Assembly: GCF_009914755.1 (NCBI RefSeq)
Contig: NC_060934.1
DNA from: the human T2T-CHM13v2.0 reference genome, Homo sapiens
Strand: one strand, 5' to 3'
DNA length: 64,000 bases
The notes under the pieces were generated by a model. It searched no databases. It had not been told where the DNA came from and saw nothing but the letters and a program-made list of their open reading frames with translations. The translations under genes and the position numbers were made by a program. Positions within the stretch are counted from its first letter, which is position 1; each line of letters begins with the position of its first letter. Below, piece after piece: positions 55,024-64,000 of the stretch.

Positions 55024-55377
55024 CGTATTTGTCTGTTTTCACACTGCTGATAAAAACATACCCAAGACTGGGAAGAAAAAGAGTTTTAATTGGACTTACA
55101 GTTCCACATGGCTGGGGAAGCTTCAGAATCATGGCGAGAGGCAAAAGGCACTTCTTAAATGGTGGCAGCAAGAGAAAATGAGGAAGAAGCAAAAGCAGAG
55201 ACCCGTGATAAACCCATCAGATCTCATGAGATTTATTCACTGTCATGAGACTAGCATGGGAAAGACTGGCCCCCGTGATTCAATTACCTCCTCCTGGGTC
55301 CCTCCCTCTACACGTGGGAATTCTGGGAGATACAATTCAAGTTGAGATTTGGGTAGGGACACAGCCAAACCATATCG
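55024..55377 (-). mobile_element. THE1 (THE1C-like) solo LTR
   Basis: THE1 reverse-complement pattern; 5-bp TSD cagca (55019-55023 / 55378-55382). Confidence 0.92.
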
Positions 55378-56155
55378 CAGCATTAATTATTTCTACCTAC
55401 CTATACTTGCCACAAGCTTTGCCATGGACACGGGGATGGGAAAAGAGATAAAACTAGACAGATAGGAAAAACAAAGTGGCTTAGGACTGGCCATTGACTT
55501 GAAGAAGGGAAACATGAGAAGAGATGAAAACTCTCCATGGGAGTTCAAGCTCCTTCCTTAGGGGAGGTGGTGTAAAGAGGAAATTTAGGAGATGCATAAT
55601 GAATGCTGCTTCCATGCCAGAGAACAGTGTAGGAAATTTCATTTCCTTAATTTAAGAGGATTCTAACTCATGCTTGAGCAAATGGATATAGAAAAATGTT
55701 ATGAATGATAAATTATTTTGTACTATTTTGTTTTAAAATAACCCATATCATTTTATAGCATGAAAATTCACTCAAATGTTGAAGCTATCATAGGTCTTTA
55801 GCAATGAGCTTTCTCCCAGGGAAGAAAGTGAAGAAAACAATTCAAAGGTAAGGCTAAAGGTGACCCAAGATTTAGAATTGGGCTCATCGGATTTCAGATT
55901 CTGCATGTGACTAAGTCAGAGCCAATGCAGTCTTCACTTCATGTCAGCAAGAGCCACACTCTGAGTGCCAAACACAGCAAGATATTGCAAGGTTTGCATG
56001 ATATTCATGGCTCAGGAACATAATATAATCACAAGCAAACTTAAAAAAATCAATTAATTCTTACCTTCCAGGCAATAAAATATCCAAAAATCACAAACAC
56101 AGATTTGACTCTATAACCGCTATTGCTAATGATCCCTGGCTAAAATGAGCATGTG

Positions 56156-56485
56156 AGCCAGGCATAGTGGCTCATGCCGACAATCCTAACACTTTGGGAG
56201 GCAGAGGCAGGAGGATTGCTTGAGGCCATGAGTTCGAGACCAACCTGGGCAACAAAGTGAGACCCTTTCTCTACAAAAAATTTAAAAAAAATTAGCCAGG
56301 CATAGTGGCACACACCTGTAGTCCCAGCTACTGGGGAGGTTGAGGCAGAAAAATCACTTGAACTGAACAGTTTGAGGCTGCAGTGAGCCATGATTGTGCC
56401 ACTGCACTCCAGCCTGGGTGACAGAGTGAGTCCCTAGCTCAAAATAAATAAATAAATAAATAAATACATACATACATAAATAAAA
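56156..56485 (+). mobile_element. AluJ with (AAAT)n/(ACAT)n tail
   Basis: gaggattgcttgaggcc, ctgggcaacaaagtgagaccc, gaggctgcagtgagccatgattg. Confidence 0.92.
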
Positions 56486-57299
56486 ATTTAGAGGTTAGCA
56501 TAGGATTTTTTTTTTTTTTTGGAAATGAAATTTCTATTGCTTTTAAAAAAATACAAATCGATTTGTGGTGGTTCTGCGATGATCCCACACAAAGGGATAT
56601 TCTACATTTCTTTTCCCTTAGGCTTGGGCCACCCTAGCTTTAGGAAAACTGTACATTTTCCCTGTTTTAGCTATACTTTGTAAAACTATTAGAAATGCCT
56701 GAGAGAGAAATGGGAAGAGAGCAAACAGGGACTGTGTAATGTGTTTGTTTCCTTTACATTCCTTTGTTGCATGTTTGCTAAATTCCTGTGAGTTTAGCCT
56801 TAAGGGTTTGAGATTCGGGACTACTGGGCAGGACCTGCTCACCGGCTGCCCATAACCGTCACAGTAAGAGAACACAGACAGCCACAGGAAGTGAATCTTG
56901 GAGCTGTGATGTCATCTCGGCTACTACATGTGTATCTGTTCTTACTTAGCCTGGAGAGCATTTGGGGAAGGATAAGAATTAGGCAGAGGATAGACAATGG
57001 GCAAAAAGTTTTGTAAGGGAAACTGTCAGTTAGCAAGAATGCACATGAATATATAAGCACAATGACTTGTCAGTTTGGTACTAGGTGATAGGGTGAGTTT
57101 TGGGAAGGGATGTTAATTTTAGTCTCCAGTTTTGCTGAGGTCATAATTTTGATTCATTTTTTTTAAGTTTTCATTTTATGCCAGTAGATGAAGCAGATAA
57201 TCAGCCTTACCTCCAGGTACTCAGAAGGTACTTGCCCAGGGCTGCACAAGTTGCACCAATGATGACAATAAGAGGGGCATTTACAGTTTACATAGTGTC

Positions 57300-57836
57300 T
57301 GAGATTTTAGAATTTATTATGAAGAATAAAAAAAGGTATAGGGAATAACATAATGAACCGCCAGCTTTCTTAAATCTTCATATTTTGGCATATGCATTTC
57401 ACACTTTTCAAAGAAATTAAACTAAACATGAGGTCCCTTATTGAGCCCTGAAATACCCCTTTTCTCCCCTTTTGAGATAACCTGTTACCCTTAATTTGTT
57501 TTCAGTCACCCTATTCATATTTTATGCTACCTTTATATATGCATATTCATGAATTTTTCATGCAGTGCTTTATCTATTTTAAAATTTAAGTGTCTCACAC
57601 TGCACATTCCATTTCTTACATATTTTTGTCACAAAGTTTTTGGAGAATTTATTCTGTTACCCAAGCAAACTTGTTAACTGTTTTGTAGTATTCTGTGGTG
57701 TGAATATTTCAGTTATTTTTCTTTTCTTCTGTTATGCTCCTTAAGACTGATTCTAATAATAGTGCACGGAGTGAAGGATGTTTTATTTTTTTTTTTGCTA
57801 GTCTTTTTTAGGAACATGTGTCTAGGATTTGCTGGT
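57300..57836 (-). mobile_element. Ancient L1M (L1ME-like) 3' fragment
   Basis: ttattatgaagaat..aacataatgaac; ctgttttgtagtattctgtggtgtgaatat. Confidence 0.6.
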
Positions 57837-59098
57837 AGCATGCAGCTCCTTTTGCCGTTCGTTTAGCAGGCACAGACACACTTAGCTGCTGCAGGGTACC
57901 ACGCTTATCCAGCCTTGGTCCCAGAAGAAGACAGGAGTAGCGTAGGGAGCTGTAGTCTCCAGCACACTCCACAGAACACCAACAACAACATGCAGGGGCC
58001 GCAAGCCGCTGAAATGCGGGAGCTATTTGTTGCTGCAGCTTCCAATTAAATCTGACAAAAGTGAGGAGGCAGTCACCAGTGTCATACATGTGAGATCTCA
58101 AAAAAAAGTTCTCTTTTTTTCAGAAGGCAATTGGATGTATGTTCCATTTTGATTTTTTTAAGTCAGTGTACTTAATGAGTTGACAATATTTTAATGTGTT
58201 CAGTCAGAATTTAGGGAAGAATGAAATTTTCCCACAGGGAAATAAAAAGATTTCTGCGACAGAGCAGCAACCAAAGGGACATTTACTTGGGTCCCCTGGG
58301 GCCTCTGCCTCTGCTGCAATCTGACGGTGGCTCTGCAACTGGTACCCAGTGGCCAGCCCAGGGCTTCTCTCAGTTGTTATCCTGGAAATTCCCTTCTGTT
58401 TTACTCAGTGCTGATTACCTATTCCCAAAATCTGACTGTTCTCATCCTTGACCTAACCCCTCATTTCCTTTGTTCTACTTTCTAGGTTCTAGGATATTTC
58501 CTTCTCATTGTATTTCACACCAAATCCTATTTCTTGGCTATCTGAATGTTCCTTTTATCTTTTCTTGATTTTTTTATTATTTCAAGAAGGTAATATTTTA
58601 TCATATGTTTATGGATAGTACAGATTGTTTTAAGCAAGATTTCTTTTTTTTAAGTTGTTTTCTAATATTTTTCATTTTTTTCTTTTTTTACACTTCGCCT
58701 CATTTTCCCATTTAATGTAAGTTTGAGGCTTCCTTCAGGTATCTACAAATGTGATTACTTGGTAAAACTGCATGACTGTCTCCAGTTTTACTTAATGCCA
58801 CCAAATTGCTCTTGAAGGGCCTGTGCCAATTTAGTGTCATGAGCAGAGAATGAGCATTTATGTCACCCACCCACCCACCCGGGTTTTTAACATTCAGTGA
58901 CCAAGATAAAACACAGCACCACCTTCTACTTGTCTAACTTTCTTAGGTCTCAGGGGACAAGCTTTGGAAATTTAATTTCCTCAATAACCACCCCGTTAAA
59001 GTATTCTGAGTTTTGAGTGGTTCTTGACTGCTGTATTGTTTCATTAAAAGTGCATTCTTTTTTCATGGATTTTTTAATAGAAGTTTGTGTTTTAGATT

Positions 59099-59103
<5 letters not shown>

Positions 59104-59154
<51 letters not shown>
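59104..59154. repeat. Pure (TA)~25 microsatellite
   Basis: Directly visible. Confidence 0.97.
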
Positions 59155-59157
<3 letters not shown>

Positions 59158-60212
59158 ACCTCGCAAACATAAACAGGGTATAGAATTAACACAATTTGTT
59201 TTGCTTTTGTTTGTAGAATTCTTGATTTTTTAGATCTTTTGGAATGAAATGTATGAATGTTGTTCTGCAAAAGATTTTGTATTTTACTCTTACTTGTAAA
59301 CTGGATAGACCTATTTATTCAATAATATAAATGGGAATATTCTGTGTTACAACGACTTATTTCAATCTACAGTTGCTTGTGGCTTTTTGTCCTTGTAGAA
59401 TGTGACATCTATATTAACAAATATTGTGATGGAAAAGTAGAAATAGGTTTATTGACATTTCAAAGGGACAGTTTTATGGCATAATTACTTTATAAGACTA
59501 GTACATTCATTTGAATGACTAGAACTAATTAATATGGTGAATAAAATTTAACTTCCTTGAGAAAAATCATTAATGGCCATTTTGAAAGAAGATGATGAAA
59601 TAATTTGTGTTATTTCAAAATAAAAGAGGATTACATTTTAATCTAGATTTCTCAATTATACCAAATCAGAAACATCTATCATTACTCTCTTGCTCTGAGA
59701 TAAACATAAATAAACACATCAAAACTATTTCATCACACTCTAATACTAAGGCGCTCAAATGGAGTACCATTTCCATCAGGCAAGCTTGCTACTAAAAAAA
59801 ATTTAAATTTTTGTTAACTATATTAGTATGTACTGAACTTTATCTGGAGAAATGGAAGAAATTATATTTGTTAATTATTGTAAAAAAATTACAGGAGGAA
59901 AAGTGAGATTTTGTTAGTTTTGCTTTTTGTTTGGATCTTGTTGGAAATGTATTTTCTTGACTACTATATAAACCCAAATGTCTGCATATTTAACCATAAT
60001 CTTGGTTGCTATGAAACTGGAGATTGTGTTTTTAAAGAATATTTACTAGCAAAGACATTTGTGCTTTCATAGAATATGTATACCGAAAAAAATTTAAATT
60101 CTATTGAGAAAAGGCTGCACTATAGTAAATCCATAATGAAAAAAAGAATTACTCTAACAGTATTACAGTTATACCTGTACTTTTCTATTTAGACGAAGAC
60201 TTTCTGCAGAGC

Positions 60213-60681
60213 TGTAATGGTTACTTTTATGTGTCAGTTTGACTGGGACACAGGGTGCCAAGATATTTAGCTAAACATTGTGCCCAAGTGTGCCTGTGAG
60301 GGCGTATCTGGAGGAGGCTAGCCTTTGAATGGATGGACTGAGAGCCTTCCCAGTGTTGGTGGCTCTCATCCAACCAAGGGACAGCCCCAATGGAGCGAAA
60401 AACAGAGGAGGGCAAGCTGTCTCCCCTGTCTGACTGATTGAGCTGAGACCCTGGTCTTCTCTGGCCCTTGCACTGAAACTTGTGTTGGCTCTGCTGATTT
60501 TCAGGCTGTGAGACTCAGACTGGAATTTACACCACCGACTTTCCTGTGTCTCCAGCTTAAAGATGGCAGATCATGGGACTTAGCCTCTATAGTCATGTGA
60601 GCCAATTCCTTATTCTACATATACATCTACATATGGAAACATCCTGTGATTTCTGTTTCTCTGGAAAACTCTGACCAACAA
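60213..60681 (+). mobile_element. MLT2 (MLT2B-like) solo LTR
   Basis: tgtaatggttacttttatgtgtcagtttgactggg ... tttctgtttctctggaaaactctgaccaaca. Confidence 0.88.
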
Positions 60682-60852
60682 AAAAGTCATACAATTTTAA
60701 TAGCCAAAACCTGCAGACTATGCACTTTTGAAATGTCCAGGACAACTTTAGATGAGAACACAAATATTACCTCATCTTAGTACACAATAGACTTTTAGTC
60801 TATAACGAAGCAAGCAAAATTTTAAAAAGTAAAGACTGAATAAGAAGTATAA

Positions 60853-61785
60853 TATCTCTGAGGAATAGCCACACCATCTTCCACAATGATTGAACTAATT
60901 TATGTTCTCACCAAAAGTGTAAAAGCATTCCTATTTCTCCACAACCTCGCCAACATCTGTTGTTTTCTGATTTATTGATGATCGCCATTATGACTGGAGT
61001 GAGATGATATCTCACTGTGGTTTTGATTTGAATTTCTCTAATGATCAGTGATGTTGAGTTTTATTTCACATGTTTGTTGGCTACATGAATGTCTTCTTTT
61101 GAGAAGTTTCTGTTCATTTCCTTAGCCCAGTTTTAAATGGAGTTGTTTGAATTTTTTTTCGTAAATTTGTTTAAGTTCCTTGTAGATCCTTGACATTAGA
61201 CCTTTGTCAGATGGACAGATTGTAAAAATTTTATCCCACTCTATTGACCCAGCAATCTCCTTACTGGGTATATACCCAAAGGAATATAAATAATTCTATT
61301 ACAAAGATACATGCATGAGTATGTTTATTGCAGCACTATTAACAATAGCAAAGACATGGAACCAACCCAAATCCCCATCAGTGATAAACTGGAAAAAGAA
61401 AATGTGGTACATATACACCATGGAATACTACACAGCCATGAAAAGGAATGAGACCATGTTTTATGTAGGCACATGGATGGAGCTGGAAGCCATTATCCTC
61501 AGTAAACTAATGCAGGAACAGAAAACCAAACACTGCATGTTCTCACTTATAACTGGGAGCTGAATGATGAGAATGGATACAGGGAGGAGAACAACATACA
61601 CTGGGGTCTGTTGGGGGATGGGGGGAGGGAGATCATCAGGATAAACAGCTAATGCATGCTGGGCTCAATACCTAGGTAATGAGTTGATAGGTGCAGCAAA
61701 CCACCATGGCACATGTTTGCCTACGTAATGAACCTGCACTTCCTGCACATGTACCCGAGAGCTTAAAATTTAAAAAAAATTTAAA
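60853..61785 (+). mobile_element. L1PA (mid-age), 5'-truncated with 5' inversion
   Basis: Inverted ORF2 piece 60853-~61243, then sense ORF2 C-terminus (MFIAALLTIAKTWNQPK...WYIYTMEYY), 3'UTR and A-tail; TSD aagtataa. Confidence 0.93.
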
Positions 61786-62246
61786 AAGTATAACTTGTAG
61801 TCATGTATATCTTAAACAACTTTAAAAACTAATGTACTGTGTTCCCCCTTTTCCTTCAAGGAAAACCATTATAATATGATCTTGTCAATAATCAGCATTT
61901 TCTAGTTAGGAAACTTGATAACATTATCAAAACTGTTTTTTTGAGAGAATACAATTTTGACAATTTCTACATTGAGTCAAAACTTCTGTGATAATTAGTT
62001 TTAAATTGACCTAGGCTACTTTCTTACTGTATTTAGAAAAAAAAACAAAACTGAGATTATATATAACCTACAAAATATCAACATACAATATCTGTTCATT
62101 CTTTAAATCTTGGGATATTATTTTATTTTCTATTATCCTGTGAATTGAAAAATTTTACTCACATGACTTTTACCTCTATCAATTGTCTGAAAATTAAAAT
62201 GATACTGAAATAGTAAGGATTAAGATTCTTAGCCTAATGTTAACAA

Positions 62247-62543
62247 CAGTTCTCACCTTATCCATGGGGGATACATTCCAATACCCCGGGTGTATGCCTG
62301 AAACCTCCAATGCTACCAAGCCCCACATACTCCATGTTCTTTCCTATACCTACAAATCTATGACCAAGTTTGATGTACAAATTAGGCAGAGTAAGACATT
62401 AACAATGATAACTAATAATAAAATTGAACAATTATAGCAATATATTATAATAAAAGGTTATCTAAATTTGGTCTCTCTTATTTCACTGTATCACCAATAA
62501 CTAAAACTGTGAAAAGTGAAACTGTGGATAAGGCAGGACTATG
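62247..62543. mobile_element. MER44 (Tigger7-derived MITE)
   Basis: TIR-like ends cagttctcaccttatccatggggg ... gaaactgtggataaggcaggactatg; internal aattaggcagagtaagacattaacaa. Confidence 0.8.
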
Positions 62544-62759
62544 GTACTTAATTACTAATTCATATGAAGCAGATATGTTTTAAAGTGTTCAGAGAAGAAG
62601 GGTATCTACTTTTGTCCCTGCCTTAAACCTGCCTACCCTGAAAAACACTTTCAATACTGTTCAGCATAAAGGAGATAAGTGAGTAAATGCGGCAGCTCAC
62701 AGCTGAAGAGGATGCTACAATTTGGGTGCCAGAGGTTGCAGGTGAAAAACAACAGAAGC

Positions 62760-62960
62760 AATAACAATACTCAATGAATTTTATGGAGCAGTATTGTCCT
62801 TAGAGTTGTCTCCCATGCATCCTCATTTTGTCATCATGGTCATCCTGTGAAAAGCCTGCCCTTGTGATCCCCGTTTGATAGGGGAGGAGGCTGCTGCTCA
62901 GAGGACTGTGTGACCTGCACATGGCTGTGGCCCTCGCTTGTGGAGTGTGCACTTAGAACG
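62760..62960 (-). mobile_element. MIR fragment
   Basis: catcctcattttgtcatc..atccccgtttgatag..gctcagagg..tgtgacctgc. Confidence 0.5.
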
Positions 62961-64000
62961 CCAGGCCCACAGCAGTCAGATTCCACGGCTTCTCTCTTTT
63001 TCTCTCCCCTGCTCATCCAGGACTCTGCATTAGACCTCACATTAGAAGTGTGCAGTGCACAGTGAGAAGCCTCATGCCCTCTCCCCTGCAAGGAATTATG
63101 ATGAAAAACTCAGGAAGTAGCATTCTCCATCCCTGCATTTGGGCTCAGAAATGTACTCAACCTAAAAGTGTTTCAACGTTTACTTCTCAACTACATGTAT
63201 GGCATGGAAACAAAAAGTTCACCTTGAATCCTAAACTAAACTCTAGCCATGTTTAGTTCTTAGAGAAAAAAAATCAACCCTCTAAATACCTCTACTTCTT
63301 TGTCTGCCTATTATCAATTGGCCCAATAATTTTTCTAATAGCTTATCTCTTTCATGATTTTCTTTTGCTTCATTTCTCCTGTTTTTAGGGTTCAATACTT
63401 TTATAAAAGTTCGGGATGCACCTGATTTGCTGTAACTTCTTCTTAACTTTTCAATTATCATTGAAGGATAAAAACATTAATAATTTGCAGAAAATCCCCA
63501 ATCATACCTTGTTTGAATAAGACATGGTCCAGTGCCAAAATGTAGGCAAGTTTAAGCAGTAAAAGCTTCTCTTTAGGCGAGGGCCAGTGACCTCAGACTC
63601 ATGCACATCATTTAGGACTGCACCAAATGTGGCCACAAGCCGAAATCAAATTAGTTGAAGAAAAAGCAGAAAAGTCTTGGCTTCTGTAACAGAGATGTCT
63701 ACAGGGAGACCTGTTTGGGATTTGACAATATTCAGGCCTTAAACAAATGATAGTACCAAAGGCTCTATTGTATCTTCCTTCGAGCTAGTGTTTCTTGGAC
63801 CATCTGATGTCTCCCACTCCCACACCACTAGGTCCAGAGGAAGGAAGAAAGCTTTCTCTTTTCCTGAGCTCCGGCAACCATTTTATTACATTTCTTTGAC
63901 TCTCATCGGTTTACCTGACAGTTTCAAAGCCCATCACTAGGTTTGAGGGAGATGAGATACACAGAGGTTCAATTTAATCCAATTGATTCCATGCGTGGAG

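Overview
Primate (very probably human) AT-rich intronic or intergenic DNA with no recognisable protein-coding gene, RNA gene or CRISPR array. I could not identify the locus. The ORFs I could interpret are Alu, L1, LTR, Tigger or microsatellite translations, and none of the rest resembles a protein I recognise. Much of the window is interspersed repeat: about 14 Alus, L1PA/PB/M fragments, L2, MIR, MLT1/MLT2/THE1/LTR33-like solo LTRs, Tigger1, Tigger2, MER20, MER44 and MER58. Subfamily calls come from memory of consensus sequences and need RepeatMasker confirmation. I found no convincing new biological system. The best leads are: (1) a recent ~220-bp non-tandem local duplication (40961/42998) with a templated-insertion signature that copies an exon-like cassette; (2) an unidentified GC-rich polyadenylated retrocopy at ~19.6-20.0 kb, whose target-site duplication may be split by Tigger1; (3) two independent twin-primed L1s with almost the same inversion breakpoint; (4) a ~4-kb repeat-poor block (27.3-31.3 kb) with exon-like signals, plus a candidate 9-nt microexon just downstream.
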